IMG/VR virus record: IMGVR_UViG_3300032227_000383
Span: 1-51,215 of that record
Length of the DNA stretch: 51,215 nucleotides
Reading direction: 5' to 3' (one strand)
Source: a virus
Taxonomy: Duplodnaviria > Caudoviricetes
The notes under the pieces are model-generated. The model saw only the letters and a list, made by a program, of their open reading frames with translations, ran no database searches and was not told where the DNA came from. Below are positions 17,015 to 25,906 of the stretch, piece after piece. A program made the translations under genes and the position numbers. The stretch's first letter is position 1, and each line of letters starts with the position of its first letter.

Positions 17015-17215
17015 TCAATCGCGCAGATCCATCATCGCATCTGCAAAGCAAAATGCGTCATAGGTCGTTAGCTCGACAAATTCGCTGTCAGCATCCATGC
17101 TGTGAGCGTTCAAACGCTTCGCAATAAGCGCTTGCATCGCAAAGGCCGCGAACCAATCGCGTGGGCGCATCAGATTTTCGTCTATAATTTCAAATTCCAT
17201 GTCGTCACTCCTCAA
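17015..17215 (-). CDS. Small phage protein (RDxFAxxAMQ family)
   Basis: RDWFAAFAMQA...A...ADAMM. Confidence 0.65.
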   Translation of the reverse strand: MRSDDMEFEIIDENLMRPRDWFAAFAMQALIAKRLNAHSMDADSEFVELTTYDAFCFADAMMDLRD

Positions 17216-18735
17216 TAAAACGCAGCCCGCTCACCGGGCGTATCGTATTTCTCTTCCATCGGGTCTTCGGTGTTCGCCACCCAGCCCGACTGCTTAATGC
17301 GCAGGAATGCCATCGTCATCGTGTCGACCCAGTCGCGGCTGTCCGCTGCCGGGAACTGCACGCATTGCTGCAGAAAATCTTCGGCCCACGGCCTGAGCGC
17401 GTCATAGTGCGGGCCCATCGCGGGCAGCCACACGCGGCCATTCTCGATCAGGTCGGACACCAGCCGCACGCGGGCGATCTTGTCGCCAAACTTATCGGGA
17501 TTGAACTTCGTCGCCATGATCCCGGCGCGCGCCAGATCCGATATCAGCATCTGCCCGTTCGCCTTCGCCTCGACCAGCACCGTGTCGGGTGCGCGGTCCT
17601 TCGCGGGCTTGATCGGCGCCGCGTAATTATCGTCCCTGTAATCCCGCGCCATGCGCTGCACCTGCCGACGCAGGATCGGCCATTCGACCCGCCCGCGCCA
17701 CGCCGACAACAGGATCAGGTTCGGCACATCGTTATCGTCATCGAAGACCCCCCACGTCGTCGACGCGCTATACGCCGACGTCTTGTTCGCCGTGAGCGCC
17801 GTATCCCACGACTGCAGGATATACTTCACGACTGGGGGGTCTTTCGACTTCCACCACTTAAACCACGTACCATCCATGATCCCGCCGCTGTCTACGACTG
17901 GGTTCTGCTGGTACAGAGACGACCAAATACGGCTCGTCGTACTGGGCTGCCTCTTAATTTTTTCCAGTTCCTCTGTCGGGAACTCTTCCGGCCACAGTGC
18001 TTGTCCGGGCTCACGGCCCAGAATATCGTTATCGACTGCCAATGCCGGCAGGATAACGCGCTCCCATTTCTCCCCCTGTCCATCGCGCTCCGCCTGATCC
18101 AACCGCCCCATGTGGTCGCCCAAGTGCCAGCGCGTTCCGATCAATATGATCGGCGTGTCCTTATTCTTCCGCCGCGTATAGAAATCGGCGCCGTACCAGC
18201 TCCACAGCTTCTGCCGCGCGCTGTCGCTCTCTGCCGCCTCGATCCCGGACAGCAGGTCATCCCCGATGAGTATGTCCCCGCGCCGCCCGGTCACGTTCGC
18301 GCCGACTGCGGTCGCGTGATACCCGCCGCCCTGTATCGTCATCCACTCGCCCGCGGCTGTTTTATCCGTGCTGATCCCGCTTTCGGGGAACACAGCCCTG
18401 TGTTCGTCCGACTTAATCGTATTCCGCACCTTCAGGCCGAAACTGTCCGACAATTCCTGCTTATGCGTGGCAAAAATCGCGGTCTTCTTCGGGAATTTCG
18501 ACAGCAAATACGCCGGGAAATAGTGCGATGCCGTGAACGACTTCCCGTGACCCGGCGGCATACTGATCATCAGCCGCGTGATCTTCCCCTCCAGCACCTC
18601 ATCCAGCTTATCGCAGACAATCTTCAGGTGCGGCGGCGGCTTCATCCCCGAAACGTACTCGATATACGACGCAAACGACGTCAGCGCCTCTTCACGCGCG
18701 ATCAGCTCCCGGACTGCCTCCTCATACGACGTCAC
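17212..18735 (-). CDS. terL: Terminase large subunit
   Basis: Walker A-like MPPGHGKS, Walker B ILIGDD, GTRWH..D, YQQNP, nuclease SWDTA and D.VD.MT. Confidence 0.95.
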   Translation of the reverse strand: MTSYEEAVRELIAREEALTSFASYIEYVSGMKPPPHLKIVCDKLDEVLEGKITRLMISMPPGHGKSFTASHYFPAYLLSKFPKKTAIFATHKQELSDSFGLKVRNTIKSDEHRAVFPESGISTDKTAAGEWMTIQGGGYHATAVGANVTGRRGDILIGDDLLSGIEAAESDSARQKLWSWYGADFYTRRKNKDTPIILIGTRWHLGDHMGRLDQAERDGQGEKWERVILPALAVDNDILGREPGQALWPEEFPTEELEKIKRQPSTTSRIWSSLYQQNPVVDSGGIMDGTWFKWWKSKDPPVVKYILQSWDTALTANKTSAYSASTTWGVFDDDNDVPNLILLSAWRGRVEWPILRRQVQRMARDYRDDNYAAPIKPAKDRAPDTVLVEAKANGQMLISDLARAGIMATKFNPDKFGDKIARVRLVSDLIENGRVWLPAMGPHYDALRPWAEDFLQQCVQFPAADSRDWVDTMTMAFLRIKQSGWVANTEDPMEEKYDTPGERAAFY

Positions 18736-19271
18736 TGCGCGTTCCGCCGCGCCGCAAATTCCAGCAGACTGGGCATCTCGATGACCTCAACCGGCTTCTC
18801 AATAACACGCGCAGGAACCGCATCATCCCCCGGCTGCGGCCCCTGCGCAACCAGCGCGCGCAATTCCTGAAGCGACAGGCCCTTGGCCCCCACCGTGTGG
18901 TTGATGTTAACCGTCTGGTCCATCATCCCCATCATAGCAGCCTGCGTCTTCAGTGCGTTTATCGCGCTGGCAAAATTGCTGACCGAAACCGCCCGGTCGT
19001 GGATCGCCTGCAACTCATCCAAAATCAAATCGCGACTATACTCCACCCGCTCAGGCTTCTGACCACTCTCCGCCGCCTCCGCAATCCGCCTCTGGATCTC
19101 CGGACGCGCCATCTGCCGGTCGGCAATCACCTTGATGGGATACTCAGGATTGATCAACCCTGCGCGCACGCACGCAACGTCAGAACGACCGCTGCGCACA
19201 TATTCGCGGACAAAAATCTCGTCCCGCTCAGTGCTGCCCTCGCCCTCAAAGTCGAATATGTCATCACTCAT
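18732..19271 (-). CDS. terS: Terminase small subunit
   Basis: FVREY......A...AG...; A..ALK...GM; directly upstream of terL with overlapping stop/start. Confidence 0.75.
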   Translation of the reverse strand: MSDDIFDFEGEGSTERDEIFVREYVRSGRSDVACVRAGLINPEYPIKVIADRQMARPEIQRRIAEAAESGQKPERVEYSRDLILDELQAIHDRAVSVSNFASAINALKTQAAMMGMMDQTVNINHTVGAKGLSLQELRALVAQGPQPGDDAVPARVIEKPVEVIEMPSLLEFAARRNAQ

Positions 19272-19297
19272 GATACACATACATAATCACACAAAAA

Positions 19298-19306
19298 ATT
19301 ATAGCA
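19298..19306 (-). promoter_or_regulatory. Extended -10 promoter for late (terS) operon
   Basis: Minus strand TGCTATAAT about 25 nt upstream of terS. Confidence 0.5.
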
Positions 19307-19710
19307 AGGGGGACTTTTAACCCCCACCCCTACCGGGCCTATTTCAGGGGGTGGGGTCAGCAGTTATATTCAGCAAAATGTCCCGCAGGATATTTTTGGG
19401 AAATGTGGGTGAGAGTGGGTATAATAAGATATAAAACGCGGCCGCTCCTCAAAAAGTGGGTGGGTGGGGGTCTCCAGCTGTCGCGTCGGATCGATCCCCA
19501 GCTGGAATTCCCGCGCGGATCACATCACAATGTGCGGCGCCAGAAACCCTGGCTCACATTGCAATGTCCATCGATCAGGTCGACCAGCTGCTGAACAGTG
19601 ATGACCTAGGCGATGACATAAGCGTTGACGATCGGCGGAATATCTGAGAGACAGAGAACGGGCAGCAGCCCACCGGCTTTGACGTGCCGGCAACATTAAA
19701 AGGAAAGCAT

Positions 19711-20025
19711 ATGACTAAGATCACACCACATCGCGCGTTCGACATCATCCGTCCGGACGAAGTGGCCGAGTGCTGGGACGGCGTCCTTGCGGCCGGTCTC
19801 TATCAGCCGCTCTGGGATTGCGTGAACGACTACACGGCCCCGTCACCTGAAGAGAGCGAGGAACCGTGCTGGGGCATGGACTGCGTTGCGGACTTCTGGG
19901 ACCGCTTCAGCCCTGAGCAGCAGCACCAGCTGAACCAGTTGGCCGATGAGAACGACGAATACGGCGACGGCGGATCCGATGCCGAGGAGCGCGCCGAAGA
20001 GCGCCGCCAGCTGGGAGGCTTCTGA
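19711..20025 (+). CDS. Early hypothetical protein, acidic
   Basis: ATG 19711 with AAGGAAA RBS. Confidence 0.65.
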   Translation: MTKITPHRAFDIIRPDEVAECWDGVLAAGLYQPLWDCVNDYTAPSPEESEEPCWGMDCVADFWDRFSPEQQHQLNQLADENDEYGDGGSDAEERAEERRQLGGF

Positions 20026-20026
20026 C

Positions 20027-20278
20027 ATGACCGTCAAAGAAACCCTCGCCAAGCTGAAGGCCCTTGGCTGCAAGGCGCGCTGGGACATGGACTGGCGCGA
20101 ATACCGCGTCACCCTCCCGAACCTGAGCCATGAGCGTGAGGAGGCGATTGCCTACTACACCAGCGACCCAGAGGACGCGCTGGCGACCGGCGAGGCCCTA
20201 GCCAGCAACGCCGCAAAGATCGAAGCGCAAGAGCGCTGGCTTGCCCATGAGGCAGCCGACACCCTCGACCTGTATTGA
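20027..20278 (+). CDS. Early hypothetical protein
   Basis: MTVKETLAKLK..., GGAGG RBS. Confidence 0.65.
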   Translation: MTVKETLAKLKALGCKARWDMDWREYRVTLPNLSHEREEAIAYYTSDPEDALATGEALASNAAKIEAQERWLAHEAADTLDLY

Positions 20279-20295
20279 AACCGAAAGGAACACCC

Positions 20296-20487
20296 ATGAC
20301 CCAATGGACCGAAGACCAGATGGACCTGTGGAATGATGCAGCCCTTGCAGCGATGCGAGGGCAACCACTGCCCGCAAACGACCCTTACAGCATCGAGGGC
20401 TATGCCCACGGGCTTGAGGCCCGCAAGATCCGCCCCGTCATGCCTGAGCGGCCTGAGGGCTATTACCACCTGCCATTGGAGGACTGA
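20296..20487 (+). CDS. Early hypothetical protein
   Basis: MTQWTEDQ..., AAGGA RBS. Confidence 0.6.
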   Translation: MTQWTEDQMDLWNDAALAAMRGQPLPANDPYSIEGYAHGLEARKIRPVMPERPEGYYHLPLED

Positions 20488-20490
20488 AGC

Positions 20491-20673
20491 ATGACCCGCA
20501 AAGACTACCAGCTCATCGCTGGCGCCCTGAAGGACGCTCTAGGCGCCTTCGATCACCCCAAGCGCGCTGGCGCTGTCCTTGCAGCGCAGGAGCTGGCCTA
20601 TCGCCTGAGGGATGACAACCCGCGCTTCGACCGCAAGAAATTTCTTGAAGCCTGCGGCCTCGACCTCGCGTGA
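20491..20673 (+). CDS. Early hypothetical protein (MTRKDY..IA / DNPRFD..KF..AC family)
   Basis: Motif recalled from many phage early genes; GGAGG RBS. Confidence 0.75.
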   Translation: MTRKDYQLIAGALKDALGAFDHPKRAGAVLAAQELAYRLRDDNPRFDRKKFLEACGLDLA

Positions 20674-20762
20674 CCGGCCTATTCCACATCGCAGTGCTGG
20701 CGCTCCTCTTCGGGCTGCTGGCGTTTGCCGCAATCATCGACCAGAAGGACACCAACGCATGA
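20670..20762 (+). CDS. 30-aa single-TM peptide
   Basis: MTGLFHIAVLALLFGLLAFAAIIDQKDTNA; overlaps both neighbours by 4 nt. Confidence 0.5.
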   Translation: MTGLFHIAVLALLFGLLAFAAIIDQKDTNA

Positions 20763-21031
20763 GCATCATCCGAACCCGTTACCGCCCCGCCACCGACCGC
20801 ACCTGCAGCCGGATCCGAGCGACCCTTGGCCGCGACAGCCTGACTGTCCCCTACGACTATATGTTGAGCGGACCTGAGAACCACCGAGACGCCGCCAAGG
20901 CTCTTGCGCTCAAACTGGGCCTGAAGAACCACAACTGGGCGCGTGTTTGGGATCCGCACCAGTCCGATGGCCTTACCTTCGTCAATGCCGACGAGATGAG
21001 GCACTATGACGGTTTCGGCACCCACAGCTGA
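20759..21031 (+). CDS. Early hypothetical protein
   Basis: I.TRY...T....SRI.A...; NH..AA.AL...L motif. Confidence 0.65.
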   Translation: MSIIRTRYRPATDRTCSRIRATLGRDSLTVPYDYMLSGPENHRDAAKALALKLGLKNHNWARVWDPHQSDGLTFVNADEMRHYDGFGTHS

Positions 21032-21053
21032 CCGGCCGCAAGATCGACCAACT

Positions 21054-21083
21054 GGGGAGGGCTTCGGCTCTCCCCTTTTTTTT
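21054..21083 (+). terminator. Rho-independent terminator
   Basis: GGGGAGGGC-TTCG-GCTCTCCCC followed by T8. Confidence 0.9.
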
Positions 21084-21189
21084 GCCCCGACGATCCGCCT
21101 GCGCGCGCGCCTTGGGTTGAAGCTGATAGGCTGGCGCACATTCCCGCGCCCGCGTCCGATTGAAAATGATAGGCTGGCCTGCATTTTCA

Positions 21190-21630
21190 CCCATGTAACA
21201 GGAAAAAACGTCAGAAAACCGCCATTTATTGGCATTTTGTAACGGACTTTTGAGAATTCCAAAAATCCTGTTACATCGGAGACCCGCAGAAAACCGCCGT
21301 TTTTGCCCCCTATATATATATAATAACAAAAATAAGTAGATATATATATATATAGAGAGGGAGCTGGGCCTATGGGTAGGGTTAGGGGCTAACCCCTTAC
21401 TCTATAGGGCTGTTTTTTCCTGTTCTGTTACATTTTGGCTTTCTTAAGAACCTATAGCTAACCCATTGAAATTGCTCACGTTTTCGCACTGCAATGACGT
21501 GTAACAGCCGTTTTTTTTATCGTTGTTTTTCAATCACTTACGCCCGATTGATGAGGCGTTTTTTTGTAACAGCCATGCTCGACCCTGTTACAGTTGACGG
21601 TTTTCTGCGGGTTTGCGTGTAACAGAAAAC
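21190..21630. other. Candidate replication origin (iterons plus AT-rich unwinding element)
   Basis: Non-coding; TGTWACA-type boxes at 21194, 21238 (variant TGTAACG), 21269, 21426, 21500, 21565, 21586, 21618; (TA)n tracts 21311-21354; 14-bp inverted repeat 21283-21296 / 21598-21611. Confidence 0.65.
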
Positions 21631-21739
21631 GCCATTGTGCAGTGCAGCATTGAAATTAGTGTTTGATTGTATCGTTTTAATATGAGATGACGCGCTGACG
21701 CACTGGTTGACGCAGTGCTGACAAGCGAAGGGAATTGAT

Positions 21740-21946
21740 ATGTTGATCTTTGATTATCCGTCTAAAAAGGCGCTGAAAGAGTGCATTGGGCAACGGTTGA
21801 AGTATACCGAAACGTCAATCTTTGGACCTGAGTATAGCCCTAATGGCGTTTTGACGGGCTGCAATCGCCCGCACATCACGGGTCACAGCAGAGAGTTTTT
21901 CGCTAACGTCACAATGGCCGATGGCCGCATTGCAGGGGTGAAGTAA
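21740..21946 (+). CDS. Hypothetical protein
   Basis: YPSKK.LKE.IG..L.Y.ETS.FG.EY...R.FFA.VTM..G.I..VK motif; RBS. Confidence 0.7.
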   Translation: MLIFDYPSKKALKECIGQRLKYTETSIFGPEYSPNGVLTGCNRPHITGHSREFFANVTMADGRIAGVK

Positions 21947-22110
21947 TGGGAATTAATGAGATGGTCGCAGCGATTGCGCAGGACGCATACGAGAACGCGA
22001 CAGAAGATGAATTGCGGCACCTATTCACCGATACGGTTTCGGTTAACCTTGCAGGCCTATCGGACGATGAGATTAGGGAAATCTATAACGAAATCGTGGG
22101 AGACGCATAA
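21946..22110 (+). CDS. Small acidic protein (54 aa)
   Basis: MGINEMVAAIAQDAYENATEDELRHLF...EIVGDA; TAATG coupling at both ends; not in ORF track. Confidence 0.65.
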   Translation: MGINEMVAAIAQDAYENATEDELRHLFTDTVSVNLAGLSDDEIREIYNEIVGDA

Positions 22111-22832
22111 TGCCAAACGGATATGTAATCTACGACGGTCCAAGCATGATCGACGGCGAGCGCATTGTGGCAATCGTTGTCGGGCTGGATGGCAGCAAGA
22201 ACGTCAAGACGGGCGCAATGGTCCAGACGTATATCATCAGGCCCGATATGGCGCCGATTGAAGCTGTGCGCAGTGGCGCTGACGCTTCAATCTGCGGCGG
22301 CTGTAAGCATCGCGGCGATGGCATGGGTGGCGCGCGTTCCTGCTATGTCACGCTGATTCACGGGCCGCACAATGTCTATGGCGCGTTCTTGCGCGGTCTC
22401 TATCCGGACGCATCGCCTGAGGCGGTGGCGCACATAGTGGCAGGTCGCATGATCCGTCTAGGCACATATGGCGATCCGGCCGCAGTGCCATTGCCAGTCT
22501 GGCAAGCTCTGCTGCGTTGGGCCGCAGGTCACACGGGCTATTCTCACCAGTGGCGGACGCTGACAGAGGCGTGGAGCCGTTTGGTTATGGCGTCGGTCGA
22601 CAGCATTGAAGAGATGGACGAAGCACACGCTGAGGGCTGGAGGACGTTCCGCGTCGGGTCCGAGCCGATGTTAGGCGTCGAGATCAATTGTCCCGCGTCG
22701 AAGGAGGCAGGGGAGCGGACGCAGTGCATTGACTGCCTGCTATGCATGGGAACCACCAGCCGGTCGCCTAGGTCGATACAGATTGCGCCGCATGGGACAG
22801 GCGCGAAATATGCGATGGAGATTGCAGCATGA
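22110..22832 (+). CDS. Cys-rich conserved phage protein, possibly Fe-S/radical-SAM-like (gp88-like)
   Basis: N.KTG.M.Q; ICGGC...CYV; RLG.YGDP; TGY.HQW; ASVD; CPAS...C..C.LC. Confidence 0.6.
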   Translation: MPNGYVIYDGPSMIDGERIVAIVVGLDGSKNVKTGAMVQTYIIRPDMAPIEAVRSGADASICGGCKHRGDGMGGARSCYVTLIHGPHNVYGAFLRGLYPDASPEAVAHIVAGRMIRLGTYGDPAAVPLPVWQALLRWAAGHTGYSHQWRTLTEAWSRLVMASVDSIEEMDEAHAEGWRTFRVGSEPMLGVEINCPASKEAGERTQCIDCLLCMGTTSRSPRSIQIAPHGTGAKYAMEIAA

Positions 22833-23038
22833 CGCAGAGAAGCATTGATGAGTTGCCAGCATATGCACAGGAAGCAGTGCTGGCCTTTGCAGCGAAGCAC
22901 GGACGCGGCTGGAAGGCGGCGCTGGGGCTGGCATGGAGCAATGGCACGGACACGCGAGAGCGAGACGGCTACGCCTTGCGCGATATCCGCAACAATCCGC
23001 AATGGGGCCACGATTGGCTGGATGGGGTGAAGCTATGA
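22829..23038 (+). CDS. Hypothetical protein
   Basis: FA..HGR.WK..L...W..G; L..IRN..G..WL motif. Confidence 0.65.
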   Translation: MTQRSIDELPAYAQEAVLAFAAKHGRGWKAALGLAWSNGTDTRERDGYALRDIRNNPQWGHDWLDGVKL

Positions 23039-23292
23039 CATATAGAGCAGCAACGGATGCAGCGCCACCAGAGGCGGAATTCATTTCCTATCAGGATGTC
23101 ACGGGCTGGGTCATTATCCGCCGCCATTGCGATGGGACGTTTAGCGTTTGCGCGAATATGGATGGCATGGGCTACATGGTTTTCGCGGCAGGCGTCAGCG
23201 CGCAGAAGAAAACGCTGTGGTCCCATGACAGCCGCATATTCATTTGTGGGCCGCTTGAATTGATGTTCAGGGAACAGGAGCAGGAAGCATGA
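23035..23292 (+). CDS. Hypothetical protein
   Basis: ATGA overlap with neighbours. Confidence 0.55.
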   Translation: MTYRAATDAAPPEAEFISYQDVTGWVIIRRHCDGTFSVCANMDGMGYMVFAAGVSAQKKTLWSHDSRIFICGPLELMFREQEQEA

Positions 23293-23486
23293 ACGGGTTT
23301 CAGGAATTGGTCGAAGCAGAGCGCGCGCGTTACGAGCGGGCAGCCATGCACGAATTGCGGAACGTGAGGCTGGCGCTGTCGATTGGCAGTTGGGGCAACA
23401 CGTTAGAGGAAGAAGCGCGGCTTATAGCGGTCGATATGATTGTCCACGATAGGCTGGCGCGTCGGATGAAGGAGCGGGTGGCATGA
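23289..23486 (+). CDS. Hypothetical protein
   Basis: ATGA overlaps; L.N...AL....W.NT.EE..RL.A motif. Confidence 0.6.
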   Translation: MNGFQELVEAERARYERAAMHELRNVRLALSIGSWGNTLEEEARLIAVDMIVHDRLARRMKERVA

Positions 23487-23644
23487 AATGTCCGCAGTGT
23501 GGCGACGAAACGCACCTATACCGAGATGCTGAGATGCGCTGGGTGCCTGATCTGGGCGAGTGGCAGCTAACCTATGTGCATTGCGTGGTGGATTGCACCG
23601 AGTGCGATGCATCATTCGATTATGAGGGAGATTTTCATGGATAA
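23483..23644 (+). CDS. Small zinc-ribbon protein (53 aa)
   Basis: MKCPQCG...DCTECD; GGAG RBS; not in ORF track. Confidence 0.65.
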   Translation: MKCPQCGDETHLYRDAEMRWVPDLGEWQLTYVHCVVDCTECDASFDYEGDFHG

Positions 23645-23783
23645 ATACGACTTCACGCTGGGGTTTTCGATCATGGCAGCAAATGAGATCGATGCCCGCA
23701 TTAGGCTGGCCGACCTGTTGCTGTCGATCAGCAAGGAGGACATCATGGAAGCCATGCAATTGGAGAAGAAAGATGATGAGTAA
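23637..23783 (+). CDS. Hypothetical protein
   Basis: MDKYDFTLG; GGGAG RBS. Confidence 0.5.
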   Translation: MDKYDFTLGFSIMAANEIDARIRLADLLLSISKEDIMEAMQLEKKDDE

Positions 23784-24009
23784 GGATATTTTCAGGACGG
23801 TTCGTGAGTTGCTCGACCACCGAGATGGTGTGACGTGGAGCAACGCCGTCAATCTGGACGGCCACCTGTATGAGGATTCGGTCGAGAACCTGAATGCGTT
23901 GCGTATGCTGGAGCCTTCTCTGATCGAGCTGGTCCGCCTGTGCGTCGATGGTGGCATAGAATGGGAATGCCTTGACGAGGTTATTGAGCTGATCGGGTTC
24001 GAAGGATGA
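23773..24009 (+). CDS. Hypothetical acidic protein
   Basis: MMSKDIFR; GGAG RBS. Confidence 0.55.
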   Translation: MMSKDIFRTVRELLDHRDGVTWSNAVNLDGHLYEDSVENLNALRMLEPSLIELVRLCVDGGIEWECLDEVIELIGFEG

Positions 24010-24248
24010 CGATTTATCACATCAAGGGCATGAGGATTTACGGTGATCCGGGCGACGTGCGCGTTCCCAAGCCGAGCAGCGTCGATGTCGCTATGCGTCG
24101 GGGCTATGGGGCTGGCCAGTATGGGGGCGACAATCCCTATGAGGCTGGCACCGAAGAGCATGAGACGTTCGAGCATTACAAGGCGAAGATGCAGGAATAT
24201 CAGGCGGCGAAGGCTGCCAATGGTGGCAACATACCGGAGGGTTGGTGA
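24006..24248 (+). CDS. Hypothetical protein
   Basis: ORF track; ATGA overlap. Confidence 0.55.
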   Translation: MTIYHIKGMRIYGDPGDVRVPKPSSVDVAMRRGYGAGQYGGDNPYEAGTEEHETFEHYKAKMQEYQAAKAANGGNIPEGW

Positions 24249-24249
24249 C

Positions 24250-24444
24250 ATGATGAGTATTGAACATAGCGCGAGGGCGCGTGAGAAATACGTCGATGCG
24301 TATGTGGAGCATCTCCGCAAGACGGTGACGGCCAGTGACACGCCATCCTTTGATGAGAAGGTGATAGATACGCTGGCGAGTATGTATCGCTCAGGCTGGG
24401 ATGATGCGGACATGATGTTCCGCGAATGGGAGATGGATCAGTGA
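24250..24444 (+). CDS. Hypothetical protein
   Basis: MMSIEHS; GGAGG RBS. Confidence 0.55.
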   Translation: MMSIEHSARAREKYVDAYVEHLRKTVTASDTPSFDEKVIDTLASMYRSGWDDADMMFREWEMDQ

Positions 24445-24755
24445 ACACCAGTATCGCAAAGACGAAGACAGGCTGGCAGGGCAACACCCGCATCGATCTT
24501 GGCAACGACATAGTCCTGCGCATCACCACCATGAAAAGTGTGGTGCGGGGTGGTGTGGTGACTGACGCCGTCGTCCACAGGGTCGAGCGCGTTCAGGGCT
24601 ACGCGATGGAGACGTACACGCTGCGCGATTTCCACAAGCGGCTGATCCACTGGGACTTGAGGGCGACCGAGAAGAACGTCAGGGCGCAGCACCAGCTAGC
24701 GTTGGATATGCTGGACCGGATCAAGGCGGAGATAGAGCAGCACTATGCCAAATAA
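24441..24755 (+). CDS. Hypothetical protein
   Basis: GTG start overlapping upstream stop; GW...T......L.I.T.K...RATEK.V..QH motif. Confidence 0.6.
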   Translation: MNTSIAKTKTGWQGNTRIDLGNDIVLRITTMKSVVRGGVVTDAVVHRVERVQGYAMETYTLRDFHKRLIHWDLRATEKNVRAQHQLALDMLDRIKAEIEQHYAK

Positions 24756-24942
24756 GGACGTGCGGCAGCAATTCGCTGAGATCATCCGCGAGAAGAACCG
24801 CAAGACAGCCGCGCTGGATGAAGCGCGGACGCTGATCGGGTCGATGGTGGATGAGAGGGCCTTCAGGATCGGCTTTGGCACAGGCTGGGGTGCTGCGAAG
24901 GGCATCTATGAGCCGATCACGCCAATGAAAGACGATGCCTGA
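24745..24942 (+). CDS. Hypothetical protein
   Basis: ORF track; gene packing. Confidence 0.5.
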   Translation: MPNKDVRQQFAEIIREKNRKTAALDEARTLIGSMVDERAFRIGFGTGWGAAKGIYEPITPMKDDA

Positions 24943-25012
24943 TGTGGCTGGGCGCAGTGATGCTGGCCGCGATGCCGGCATTGTATGGAATTTTCATTTT
25001 GATGGAGAAAAG

Positions 25013-25336
25013 ATGATGGACAGACAGGATATGGAGCGCGCGATAGCGGGGCGCTTTGCGCAGACAGTGGTTGATGCTGGGTTGAAGATCAGTGTTGACA
25101 ATGGCGAATATATATCGTTGTATAAATCAGATGACGTTGAGGCAATCGTCGCAGACCTGATGGCCTGTGACATGGACTGGCTCCACGTATTCGATGGACA
25201 GAAGAGGGTCGGCACCCTGCTGCTGGTCTACGGCAACGACGGCTATGATGTGATCTGCGATTACTCAGTGTCGTTGGAGGCGTATGTCAGTGACGCAGAT
25301 AGGCTGGCCGAAGAATTGGAAATGAGGGTTGCATGA
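25013..25336 (+). CDS. Hypothetical acidic protein
   Basis: MMDRQDME...LVYGNDGYDVICDYS; GGAG RBS. Confidence 0.65.
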   Translation: MMDRQDMERAIAGRFAQTVVDAGLKISVDNGEYISLYKSDDVEAIVADLMACDMDWLHVFDGQKRVGTLLLVYGNDGYDVICDYSVSLEAYVSDADRLAEELEMRVA

Positions 25337-25692
25337 TCCATCCATACGCGAACCGGATAACCGACAAGGGCATTGAGCCCTTCGAGGTTGTCGAGGTGGT
25401 GAGCGGGCGCGAGTTGACGATCCGCGAGATGGCAGCCGACCGCGTCAAGGGATGGGTTCCCAAGATGCTGATGGGTCACTGCACCAATGAGAAAGAGCAG
25501 TGCTGGGACATCGCTTCCGATGCGACCGCACCAAGGTTTAGGATTAGGAGATCGAAGAATGGTCAATGGAAAGATGTTAGCGGAAACCTCTACCGGCTTG
25601 AGCAAAAGCCAGTCAGGTTCCACAGATTTAGTGTGCTTGGCGGTGTCTACGACGGAGATGAGCCTTATGGAGATGGCGGCGAGGTTGTTTGA
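25333..25692 (+). CDS. Hypothetical protein
   Basis: 119 aa; ATGA overlap. Confidence 0.6.
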   Translation: MIHPYANRITDKGIEPFEVVEVVSGRELTIREMAADRVKGWVPKMLMGHCTNEKEQCWDIASDATAPRFRIRRSKNGQWKDVSGNLYRLEQKPVRFHRFSVLGGVYDGDEPYGDGGEVV

Positions 25693-25837
25693 AGAAAGAG
25701 ATAGGCTGGCTCATGATATGCGCATGGTTGACGATGCTATTCGTGCCGCCTGCCTTGAGTTTAGCAATCAAAGCAAGATGTGGTGCGTGTCCCCTGTCAT
25801 ATTGCGCCGTGAGTTGCGCATGAGGGGCCTTGCGTAA
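25667..25837 (+). CDS. Hypothetical protein
   Basis: MEMAARLFEERD; GGAG RBS. Confidence 0.45.
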   Translation: MEMAARLFEERDRLAHDMRMVDDAIRAACLEFSNQSKMWCVSPVILRRELRMRGLA

Positions 25838-25906
25838 AGCAAATCGCTCTGTCAGTTTGGAAGTTTGTTGCGTTTGACGGCGCACAGTGAAGGGAATAGA
25901 ACAATT

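Noticed and set aside
17365-18870. 501-aa plus-strand ORF
   Set aside because: Antisense shadow of terL caused by GC-biased codon usage; no recognisable motifs
20513-21329. Minus-strand ORFs of 249 and 115 aa
   Set aside because: Cross a clear terminator and plus-strand genes; no RBS or motifs
23403-24413. 336-aa minus-strand ORF
   Set aside because: Overlaps a chain of coupled plus-strand early genes with good RBSs
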